In this document: positions 9,314 to 17,635 of the stretch, one piece after another
Layout of the letters: each line of letters opens with the position of its first letter
Numbering within the stretch: the stretch's first letter is position 1
From: Bacteroidota bacterium
GTDB taxonomy: Bacteria; Bacteroidota; Bacteroidia; Bacteroidales; WCHB1-69
DNA length: 64,000 nucleotides
Assembly (NCBI GenBank): GCA_009786185.1
Contig: WQTS01000139.1
Span: 6,802 to 70,801 of the forward strand
Direction of reading: 5' to 3'
Made by a program: the position numbers and the translations under genes
The notes under the pieces: model-generated
The model's input: only the letters and a program-made list of their open reading frames with translations
The model's database searches: none
Told to the model about the DNA's origin: nothing

Positions 9314-10336
9314 ATGAACCCTAAAGTAGAAAAGATAAAACAACAATTAGACCAATTTCGTGTGGAGATTGGGGAGCATTTAGAAGAGTTTCGTTTACAG
9401 TTTTTGAGTAAAAAAAGCGAATTGCAACAGTTGCTTGGCGAGATTAAAAATGTAGAGCCTGATTTACGTAAAGAATTTGGACAAATAGTAAACAATTTGA
9501 AGCAATATGCGCAAGAATTGTTCGATGCGCACAAAGATAGAATAGAAAGCGCCACGCCGGTTCATGCTTCGGAAATTGACGTAACGCGCCCTGCAACGCT
9601 TTATACCGTAGGCGCTTTGCATCCTGTTTCCATTGTAATGAATCAAGTATGTGAAATATTTGAAAAAATAGGATTTGCCTCGGTTTCCGGTCCTGATATT
9701 GAGGATGACTGGCATGTTTTCTCAGCGTTAAATTTCCCGCAAGAACATCCGGCACGCGACATGCAGGATACTTTTTTTGTGAATGTAAATCCTGAGTTCT
9801 TGTTGCGTACGCACACCTCATCGTTGCAGGTGCGCACGATGGAAACTTGCCCGCCGCCCATTCGCGTAATATGCCCGGGCAGGGTATACCGCAATGAAAC
9901 CATCACCGCACGCTCTCATTGTATTTTTCACCAGGTTGAGGGACTGTATATTGCTAAAGAAGTCTCCTTTGCTGAAATGAAACAAGTACTTTTGTTTTTT
10001 GCCAAAGAGATGTTTGGAGAAGAAACCAAGATTCGCCTTCGCCCCTCCTATTTTCCTTTTACGGAACCTTCTGCAGAAATGGACATTGAGTGTAAAATTT
10101 GCGGTGGAAAAGGCTGTAACGTATGTAAATATTCCGGTTGGGTGGAGATTCTCGGCTGTGGAATGATAGATCCTAATGTGCTTGATAACTGCGGCATCAA
10201 CTCGAAAGAATATAGTGGCTATGCTTTCGGTTTGGGCATTGAGCGCATGGCGATGCTCAAATTTAAAATCAACGACATTCGTCTCTATTTTGAAAACGAT
10301 GTGCGGTTTTTATCGCAATTTGCTTATACGCAATAA
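9314..10336 (+). CDS. pheS: Phenylalanine--tRNA ligase alpha subunit
   Basis: Class II aaRS motifs HPARDMQDTFF, RTHTSSLQVR, FPFTEPSAEMDI and GWVEILGCGMIDP. Confidence 0.95.
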   Translation: MNPKVEKIKQQLDQFRVEIGEHLEEFRLQFLSKKSELQQLLGEIKNVEPDLRKEFGQIVNNLKQYAQELFDAHKDRIESATPVHASEIDVTRPATLYTVGALHPVSIVMNQVCEIFEKIGFASVSGPDIEDDWHVFSALNFPQEHPARDMQDTFFVNVNPEFLLRTHTSSLQVRTMETCPPPIRVICPGRVYRNETITARSHCIFHQVEGLYIAKEVSFAEMKQVLLFFAKEMFGEETKIRLRPSYFPFTEPSAEMDIECKICGGKGCNVCKYSGWVEILGCGMIDPNVLDNCGINSKEYSGYAFGLGIERMAMLKFKINDIRLYFENDVRFLSQFAYTQ

Positions 10337-10451
10337 TAATGGTTGAGCATAACCATTAAAATTTTTCTTTTTTAATGCGTAACGAAAAAAATCATTTTTT
10401 GCTTTCCGAATTAGTTTTATTATATTTTCGCGATATCAAAATGATATCAAA

Positions 10452-11333
10452 ATGAAAAAAGAAAAATTTATCTCAGGTCTGAATGGATTCGGTATGTTTA
10501 CCGTTCTGTTTCTTATTATTATTGCCGGCATTTTAACGCCGATACTGATGGAGGTTTATACGCCTCATATTTCCGGTGCCAAATGGTTTATGATAATTAT
10601 TGCTATTGTAGCAGCCATTCTGATGCGAGGCTTTTCAATCATTAAGCCGAACGAGGCTTTGGTGATCACTTTTTTTGGAAAATATCAGGGAACTTGTATT
10701 AACAACGGGTTTTTCTGGTTCAATCCTTTTACCCTTCGTGAGCGTATCTCTGTGCGTGCGCGTAATGTGAATGGCGATCCGATTAAAGTAAACGACAAAA
10801 TGGGAAATCCTATTCTCATTGGCATTGTGTTGGTGTGGAAAGTGGAAGACACCTTTAAAGCTTCTTTCGATGTGGACAATTATGTTATGTTTGTAGATGT
10901 ACAGAGCGAAGCTGCCGTTCGTAACTTGGCAGGTTCTTATCCTTATGATAATCTCGAAGATGAGCATGCTGAAATTACGTTGCGCGGAGGCGGTACAGAA
11001 GTAAATAATATGCTTGAAGCTGCTTTGACGGAGCGTCTTGCTATTGCCGGGATCAAAGTTATAGAAGCGCGTATCAGCAACTTGGCGTATGCTCCGGAGA
11101 TTGCCGGCGCCATGTTGCAACGACAACAAGCTACCGCAATTGTAGCAGCTCGCTATAAAATTGTGGAAGGCGCGGTAAGTATGGTAGAATTGGCGCTAAA
11201 CCAAATGTCGGAAAAGAAAATTATAGAATTAGACGATGAAAAGAAAGCTGCCATGGCGAGTAACTTATTGGTAGTATTGACTTCCGATCGAGCGACAACC
11301 CCAATAGTGAATGCCGGCACACTTTACAATTAA
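10452..11333 (+). CDS. SPFH/band-7 domain membrane protein
   Basis: Two N-terminal transmembrane helices, then an SPFH-like core (IIKPNEALVITFFGKY ... IKVIEARISNLAYAPEIAGAMLQRQQA). Confidence 0.75.
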   Translation: MKKEKFISGLNGFGMFTVLFLIIIAGILTPILMEVYTPHISGAKWFMIIIAIVAAILMRGFSIIKPNEALVITFFGKYQGTCINNGFFWFNPFTLRERISVRARNVNGDPIKVNDKMGNPILIGIVLVWKVEDTFKASFDVDNYVMFVDVQSEAAVRNLAGSYPYDNLEDEHAEITLRGGGTEVNNMLEAALTERLAIAGIKVIEARISNLAYAPEIAGAMLQRQQATAIVAARYKIVEGAVSMVELALNQMSEKKIIELDDEKKAAMASNLLVVLTSDRATTPIVNAGTLYN

Positions 11334-11334
11334 T

Positions 11335-11520
11335 ATGGCAAGCGAAAAAAAATCGTTTATTATAAGAGTTGACGCGGAAACATTAGCTGCTATTGAAAAA
11401 TGGGCTACCGATGAGTTTCGTAGCACAAACGGACAAATTGAGTGGATTCTGTCAGAGGCGCTTAAAAAAGCCAAACGAAGCCCACGTCAACGCCCTGAAA
11501 ATAAAACTCCGGCTCATTAA
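11335..11520 (+). CDS. Small Arc/ribbon-helix-helix-like protein
   Basis: MASEKKSFIIRVDAETLAAIEKWATDEFRSTNGQIEWILSEAL is a typical RHH beta-strand plus two helices. The ATG at 11335 immediately follows the SPFH stop; the TTG/ATG-extended track start at 11311 overlaps that gene. Confidence 0.55.
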   Translation: MASEKKSFIIRVDAETLAAIEKWATDEFRSTNGQIEWILSEALKKAKRSPRQRPENKTPAH

Positions 11521-11552
11521 TCACTAATCATTAACCACTAATCACTAAACTA

Positions 11553-11560
11553 TATCTTTG
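11553..11560 (+). promoter_or_regulatory. Bacteroidota -7 box TAtcTTTG upstream of ruvC
   Basis: Matches TAnnTTTG and ends 4 nt before the ruvC ATG, implying a near-leaderless transcript. Confidence 0.5.
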
Positions 11561-11564
11561 CCAC

Positions 11565-12110
11565 ATGAAAATAATCCTCGGAATTGACCCCGGAACCACC
11601 ATTTTGGGTTTTGCGCTTTTAGATGCCACTTCTTCGCAAGGGGCATTGTTGGATATTGGTACGCTCAGATTAAGCAAAATAAAAGAACATGCCGATAAAT
11701 TGAAATCTATTTTTGAAAGAACGTTGCAAATTATTGAAGATCATCGTCCTCACATATTAGCAATAGAAGCGCCTTTTTATGGAAAGAACCCGCAATCGAT
11801 GCTAAAATTGGGGCGCGCGCAAGGTGTGGTTATTGCCGCCGCTATGTATAAAGGGCTTGAAGTATATGAATATTCTCCCCGCAAAATAAAACAATCCATC
11901 ACAGGAAACGGCAATGCTTCCAAAGAGCAGGTTGCCGCGATGTTAATACATATGAAACTTATCCGGGAAAACGAACATCCGTTTGATGCTACGGATGCGC
12001 TTGCGGTGGCGATTTGTCATCACTTGCAGAATAGAATTACTGCGGTTGGGCAAAAGTTCTCCGGATGGGAGACTTTTTTGACGAAAAATCAAGATAGGAT
12101 AATACATTAA
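11565..12110 (+). CDS. ruvC: Crossover junction endodeoxyribonuclease RuvC
   Basis: ILGIDPGTTILGFAL, ...LAIEAPFYGKNPQSMLKLGRAQGV..., DATDALAVAICH. Confidence 0.9.
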   Translation: MKIILGIDPGTTILGFALLDATSSQGALLDIGTLRLSKIKEHADKLKSIFERTLQIIEDHRPHILAIEAPFYGKNPQSMLKLGRAQGVVIAAAMYKGLEVYEYSPRKIKQSITGNGNASKEQVAAMLIHMKLIRENEHPFDATDALAVAICHHLQNRITAVGQKFSGWETFLTKNQDRIIH

Positions 12111-12135
12111 TGTTAGGTGGCTCAAAAGCATACAG

Positions 12136-12275
12136 ATGACACAGACTGACACAAATTTTCTCTGTGGTTCTCTGTGTCTCCTCTGTGCAACTCTGTGTAT
12201 TTTTGAGGTTTTGTGCGTTTTTTTTATTTCACAGAGAACCACAGAGAAAGCACAGAGAGTTACAGAGGAAGTTTC
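12136..12275. repeat. CTCTGTG-word palindromic element
   Basis: Left arm ctctgtggttctctgtgtctcctctgtgcaactctgtg (about 12160-12200) is an imperfect reverse complement of the right arm cacagagaaccacagagaaagcacagagagttacagagg (about 12229-12270). A related copy lies at 29247-29336. Confidence 0.8.
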
Positions 12276-12624
12276 TGATTTAAAGAAAATTCTATTTCAT
12301 TATTATAGAATTCTATTTTAGTTGAGAATTATGAGGGTTTGACTAAAATGATATTTTTGCGTATATTTATGAGTTGGGCGCAATAGCAAGACGTGTAATT
12401 CATTGGAAAACTCCCACCGGTGGGACAATTTTTTTGAGCGCCTTTTGAAAAATTTTACCGTTTTGACTCTTGAAAAGAGTATTTGCGGAAAAATTACTCT
12501 TGAAGGGTGCGAAATAGGAAAAACCATTGAATTTCACACAAAAAACGCCACAAATGATAAGTAATAATGGATATTGAACATCGTTATTACACACTGTAAA
12601 ATATAAACTTAAATTACTTACATT

Positions 12625-12984
12625 ATGAAAAAAACATTAATTGCAGCAATTATTTTAATTGCTATCTCACTTATGGTGAGCTGTCAAAAAGAAGACAATG
12701 AATCTAAACAGACAGTAACTTTAAAAAACACTGAAAGTTACACTATGAATTTTCTTGCATGGGATTGGGAAGAACAAAGATTGAATATTAAGGTTCAAGC
12801 TGAGTTCTATGAAATAAGTGAAGTTGTACAAAAAGAAAGCGATGGTAGTGAATGGGAATATAATTTCAAACCAGAAGCTGGCTTTGTTGGCAAAGAGAAT
12901 GTCGTTATTGAGATGTATCGAAAATCACCAGATGGAGTTGTGAAAGTTGTTACATATAGAATGGTATTTAAAATCAAAAACTAA
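12625..12984 (+). CDS. Small lipoprotein, function unknown
   Basis: Signal peptide with lipobox (LMVSC). No recognisable catalytic motif. Confidence 0.5.
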   Translation: MKKTLIAAIILIAISLMVSCQKEDNESKQTVTLKNTESYTMNFLAWDWEEQRLNIKVQAEFYEISEVVQKESDGSEWEYNFKPEAGFVGKENVVIEMYRKSPDGVVKVVTYRMVFKIKN

Positions 12985-13040
12985 TCCCCGCACAGAATAG
13001 AGTTTAAGGTAAAAAAATATTTTAAATTCCTATATCTAAA

Positions 13041-13075
13041 ACAGCGTTGAGCAAAATTCAACGCTGTTTTTTTTA
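13041..13075 (+). terminator. Rho-independent terminator
   Basis: Perfect 10-bp stem acagcgttga/tcaacgctgt followed by a run of about 8 T. Confidence 0.8.
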
Positions 13076-13174
13076 TCTGCACGGATATTGCAGATAATTT
13101 TCCAATCAATTGATAATGCTCTAACGTATTGTGAAAACTTTTTCTACATTTGCACCGTCGAAAACTATATCTGT

Positions 13175-13362
13175 TTAAACAAAAACTATAACGACTTAGA
13201 TAATAATTACAGAGACTTAAATAAAGCTATCATAGTTTACACAATAACTACAAAAATTTAGATAATAGCTAAATTAACTTAGACAAAAACTAAAACATTT
13301 TAGATAAAAACTAAAATAATTTAGATAAAAACTACAACAATTTAAACATTAACTAAAATACT
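13175..13362. repeat. Tandem array, about 9 units of 21 bp (consensus TTAGATAAAAACTAAAACAAT)
   Basis: Successive units start at 13175, 13196, 13217, 13237, 13258, 13279, 13300, 13321 and 13342. The three central units are near-identical. Confidence 0.85.
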
Positions 13363-13439
13363 ATACTTAATTATATCAACAAGCAACATTAAAGACCGTA
13401 ATCAATAAAAAATATCTATAAATCCGAAAGTATTTAATT

Positions 13440-14093
13440 ATGGCAACTTCAAAAAAAAATGAAACACAAGACAAAAAGAAAGAAAAACTGATTATTTCAG
13501 AAACCGAATTGAAAAAATTACACGATGAAGTGTATAATTTAACGCAACAGTTTCCTCAGATTTCGCAAGATATTGCCCTGTCGGATGCTGAACGTAAACA
13601 GATGCGCGGCTCCGGTATTCGCCGGTACGGATTCATTGATAAAGTGAGCGATTTGGCTATGGAAAACCCAAAGTTTGTGCCACCATATATGGACGTAAAT
13701 GAATTAAAGAATCTGATACGTCAGATTGAAGTGTTGCGTAATACTGCGGCAAATCTTCAGCAAATGCTCCGAATGGTAAACGATGAATTGCTCACAGACG
13801 GCAATGAAGCATACCGCCTTGCACTCATTTACTACAACTCTGTGAGTAGCGCTTCACGTAGTCGGGTGCCCGGCGCTGAAGCTCTGTTTAATACGTTGAG
13901 ACCGTTCTTTAAATCATCTTCGTCCAAAAGCACGGGCGAGCTTACCGAAAAGAAAGTAATGCACGATGCAAAGAAACTTATCAAGGGTAAGGCTGACGGA
14001 AAAATTATCATCAAAAACGAAAAACCTGCCACTTCCGGAGGCATTCACGAAGTAATTGACGAAGTGCACAGCGGACACACAGCTTTTGAGTAG
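13440..14093 (+). CDS. Hypothetical protein (Lys/Glu-rich, predicted helical)
   Basis: Long ORF with a coding-like composition. I recognise no motif. Confidence 0.5.
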   Translation: MATSKKNETQDKKKEKLIISETELKKLHDEVYNLTQQFPQISQDIALSDAERKQMRGSGIRRYGFIDKVSDLAMENPKFVPPYMDVNELKNLIRQIEVLRNTAANLQQMLRMVNDELLTDGNEAYRLALIYYNSVSSASRSRVPGAEALFNTLRPFFKSSSSKSTGELTEKKVMHDAKKLIKGKADGKIIIKNEKPATSGGIHEVIDEVHSGHTAFE

Positions 14094-14785
14094 CGGGAAA
14101 GCAATTAGTAACTTTTACGCACCTCGAGAAGGTGTTGAAAGTGCAGTGGCGGTCGCTCAGCCAAGTTTGTTTTATCATACTCACAAGTTCGCATCATAAA
14201 ACAAACCGCACACAAGAAAATGTCGGCAAATTTTCCCACCGCACACGCATATTGTACAAGAAAATATACAATATGCCCCGCGCTAAAATTTGCCGTCATT
14301 TACTTGTCTTGCCCACGCAATCGCTCCAGCAACTGTTCCCGCACTTGACAGAGACCGTATAGACAAGTATACTGGGGCATGTTTGGATTTATCTTGCTTC
14401 TATTGACAAATCAGCGGTATTTGACAGGCAAATAAGGTTTTCTTGTTTCATAGGCAAGGTTCGTGGGAAGGCTGCTACTGCGACCCAACGGGCGGTTTGG
14501 CAAGATTGCGGCATTACCACCCGTTGACAATCTTGTGTACTTTTGCACGCTGGTAGCTCGCGTGGAAAGTGTGTTGTGAAGCCGCAACCTCGCCAAGCCG
14601 CGTGGCGTTAAGCGCAAGTTTTTTTCAGCAAATACAGGCAAGATTTATAGAAGTAAATTGGAAAATGCACCTCGAAAATTGATAGATTTTTGTAAATCCC
14701 ATTCGGAAAAATTTGTAGTGATTTTTCAAAAATAGTGTGAGATTGAAAATTATGCTTTCTTTTGCAGCATCTTTTAAAGTTGTTT

Positions 14786-16717
14786 ATGAAAACAATAAAA
14801 TACTTTCTACTAACCGCAACACTGTTTGTTCTAAGCATTTTCTCCCTGCAGGCGCAAAGCACAGAAGGAAAAGAGTTTTGGCTGACGTTCGGACAATTCT
14901 TTACTCAGATACAACCTGCTTCTAATACCAATATAGAAATTCGTATAGTAGGCAGTGACCAACCAACTTCGGGAAGAATATATTTTACCAATTTAGGAAC
15001 TTTTGAAAATTTTTCAATCAATGCAAATGAGGTGTTTACTCATTCCCTAGACTTGGCACAAAAAATTGCCGTCTATAATTCCACAGTAGGAGTATCTAAT
15101 CGTAGTGTTTATATCATTTCTTACAATGCACCAGTAACGGTTTATGCTTTTATACAACACCCGAATGTTGTTGATGAAGTAACATACGTATTGCCTGTAA
15201 CTGCATTAGGAGCAGAATATTATCATATCTCAAATTATACTTTGCCAACGAATTATAAGGATGCCTACGCCATAGTAGCTACCCAAAACAATACGCATCT
15301 GTATCACAACAAAGAGTATATCGCAACTCTTAATGCCGGGCAAGTTTATTATAATACCTCCTCAACCGATATGACCGGCGCTCAAATTACTTCTACTAAT
15401 CCTGTCGCTTATTTTACAGTGCATCAATATTCCCCCGTTCCTTATTTTGGTTTTTCGCATGGGTGTATTTTAGTTGAACAAATGGCTCCTGTAAATACAT
15501 GGGGGAAAAGATTTTTTGTGCCGGTTACCCTATTTGAGAAAGATATTGTGCGTATTGTTGTATCTCAAAACAATACCAATATTGAAATTGAGGGTGGTAC
15601 TTTAAGAAATGATGTACCCGGAGCGCAAACAACCCTTAACAATCTGAAACCGGGAGACTTTGTTGAATTAGATTTTACTAATGATTATAATGGTTGTTAC
15701 ATTCAAGCAAATAATCCTGTTGGAGTTTGTGTATATATTGCAAATACACAATATACAGGATTACACTCATTGCCGGCTATGAGTTGGGTTCCGGGAATAG
15801 AACAATCAATCAGTAAAGCGTTGATTGCGCCCTTTATCCCCGGAACATATACCTATTTGACCCACCATTATGCTTTGGTTACCACGCCCACCGCCACAAG
15901 AGATAAAACAATGGTTTCTATCGGAGGAGCGCTTCCTGTAAGTTTGAATGGAGAAACATGGAAAGAGCATAGTGCCTCGGGTATGTCGTTTTGTAGTGTG
16001 CAACTTACCCAAGGCAACGCATCTTATGTTTTTACAAATCCGAGCGGTGTTATTATTATGGGATACGGAACAGGTCCAAACAATTATCAGTTAGCATCAT
16101 ATTTCTACCTTGCCTATTCCGCCATGCGCGATTTGGATGTAGCGTTCTATGGCAACGAAATCCACTTTCAGGATTTTAAAGAGAATCCTTTCTGCGAAAG
16201 TTTGGTTGAATTTCGTGCAGAAATTGACGGCAAAGGTATTGAGACAGACACTATTAAATGGTTTATTAATGAAACTGAAGAAGTTGCAGAACGTAATAAA
16301 TTGGAATGGGAGAAAACTTTTTCTCTCGGCGAGTATGAGATAAAAATGTGGGTACATTTTGAAAACGGAGACACTCTGGCTAAAACAGGCACACTCGCTA
16401 TAATAAACTGTAATCAAGAGTCGGCGTTTTATGCAAACAATGTGCACCATGAGGCTTTGAAGGATACCACTTTCTGCAACAAAAACGTGAACTTTCTCGC
16501 CGAAATTGAGGGGCTGCATCCCACAGACCCGGAACCAATAAAGTGGTATATTGATGACGTTTTTGAAACTTCGCAAGCAACGTGGAATAAGCCGTTTGAA
16601 AACGGAACTTATGAGATTAAGTTGGTGGTGCACTACGATAACGATACCTATGCAACACTTATCGGCACATTAAAGGTTCAGGCACTGTGGATTAAGATAA
16701 GGAATGTGCGGTATTGA
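14786..16717 (+). CDS. Secreted adhesin-like protein: IgGFc-binding-protein-N-terminal-like domain plus two copies of a C-terminal module ending WIKIRNVRY
   Basis: Signal peptide from ATG 14786; the track start at 14762 is TTG. TEGKEFWLTFGQ is the hallmark start of the IgGFc-binding N-terminal-like fold seen in Bacteroidota surface proteins. The C-terminal modules are homologous to the end of the 18752..21355 product. Confidence 0.65.
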   Translation: MKTIKYFLLTATLFVLSIFSLQAQSTEGKEFWLTFGQFFTQIQPASNTNIEIRIVGSDQPTSGRIYFTNLGTFENFSINANEVFTHSLDLAQKIAVYNSTVGVSNRSVYIISYNAPVTVYAFIQHPNVVDEVTYVLPVTALGAEYYHISNYTLPTNYKDAYAIVATQNNTHLYHNKEYIATLNAGQVYYNTSSTDMTGAQITSTNPVAYFTVHQYSPVPYFGFSHGCILVEQMAPVNTWGKRFFVPVTLFEKDIVRIVVSQNNTNIEIEGGTLRNDVPGAQTTLNNLKPGDFVELDFTNDYNGCYIQANNPVGVCVYIANTQYTGLHSLPAMSWVPGIEQSISKALIAPFIPGTYTYLTHHYALVTTPTATRDKTMVSIGGALPVSLNGETWKEHSASGMSFCSVQLTQGNASYVFTNPSGVIIMGYGTGPNNYQLASYFYLAYSAMRDLDVAFYGNEIHFQDFKENPFCESLVEFRAEIDGKGIETDTIKWFINETEEVAERNKLEWEKTFSLGEYEIKMWVHFENGDTLAKTGTLAIINCNQESAFYANNVHHEALKDTTFCNKNVNFLAEIEGLHPTDPEPIKWYIDDVFETSQATWNKPFENGTYEIKLVVHYDNDTYATLIGTLKVQALWIKIRNVRY

Positions 16718-16926
16718 ATTGGGTGGCGCTTTTCCGAGTTTGGCAGACGCAAGCGCCGGAAAGTCAGTCGGACTTGCACGGAAGGAAGGCTCAATTTGTA
16801 CCGGAAACAAGCCACAAAAATGTCTGTCGTCATTTTTTGCCCACCCACCCCCCTGAAAAGAAACGAAAAATAGAGTGAAAATGAAAATGTTAAGAGTAAA
16901 AATGACAGACTATTACAAACTTGAAA

Positions 16927-17457
16927 ATGAGACCGACCGTAAAAAAACCAGCGCTTAACGAGCATATTGCCAAAATTGCTGCCTTACCACGCGGGATAAA
17001 TATTTTGCTATTTTCGCGGACTGGATCGCGTTTATAAAGTGTTGAGAAGCGGTAACTTCGGCAATATGCCACTACGTATTCTATGGGCACTCTCATTAAT
17101 ATGAAATATTTAATTGAACACCAAGAGAATATAGATTTTTGTATCGCTGATTGACATATTTACTCACCGAATATTATTGCAGAAAGATTAAGCAAAATCT
17201 ACAATGAAGTTATTCCTCTTCCTGAAGCAGACTCTCAATTTTTTAACTGGAAAAATTTTTATGAAAACCTCCAAATACCCGTAATGCTTTTTCATGGTTC
17301 TGAAGATATTGTTTGTACAGAAGAAGATATCAGCAAACTAAAAGAAGAAGTGAAATACCTTACAATTATCCCTTACACTGGAAGACATTTGATGGGCTAT
17401 AATGTTCTACGTGAAGATTATATTCGCAATATTGAAACCTTTCTGAAAAAAGAATAA
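16927..17457 (+). pseudogene. Alpha/beta-hydrolase remnant (several frameshifts or stops)
   Basis: Fragments in different frames: ...GINILLFSRTGS..., VFYGHSH / YSMGTLINMKYL (nucleophile-elbow-like G-H-S-x-G), and a C-terminal piece IPVMLFHGSEDIVCTEEDISKLKEEVKYLTIIPYTGRHLM...FLKKE ending at 17457. There is no intact ORF. Confidence 0.45.
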
Positions 17458-17635
17458 GCATATGCCACTTGTTACCATTCTAAAAAGATTAATCGAACAA
17501 TTTTACCGATGGTATGCACCTTCAGCCATCGATCATATTGCCATAACGTTAAATGCAATGGCGAAAAATGCATCGTGTTCGAAAAATTCCAAAACTAATA
17601 ATTAAAACAGAATTATTAATCAAAAAAAGAAAGAA

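Noticed and set aside
11516-11550. CACTAAT-word micro-repeat (attaatcactaatcattaaccactaatcactaaac) between the RHH gene and ruvC
   Set aside because: It is real but only about 35 nt, and I found no second copy in the window. That is too little to define a family.
11943-12321. ORFs 11943..12242(-) and 12136..12321(+) over the CTCTGTG element
   Set aside because: They are encoded by the repeat hairpin arms (TQTDTNFLCGSLCLLCATLC). The same words occur non-coding elsewhere.
13175-13362. Possibility that the 21-bp tandem array is a CRISPR array
   Set aside because: The units abut directly with no unique spacers. The unit is too short and AT-rich, and there are no cas genes in the window.
17461-17604. 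47-aa ORF MPLVTILKRLIEQFYRWYAPSAIDHIAITLNAMAKNASCSKNSKTNN
   Set aside because: It is short, has no motif, and lies directly after a pseudogene. There is not enough evidence to call it a gene.
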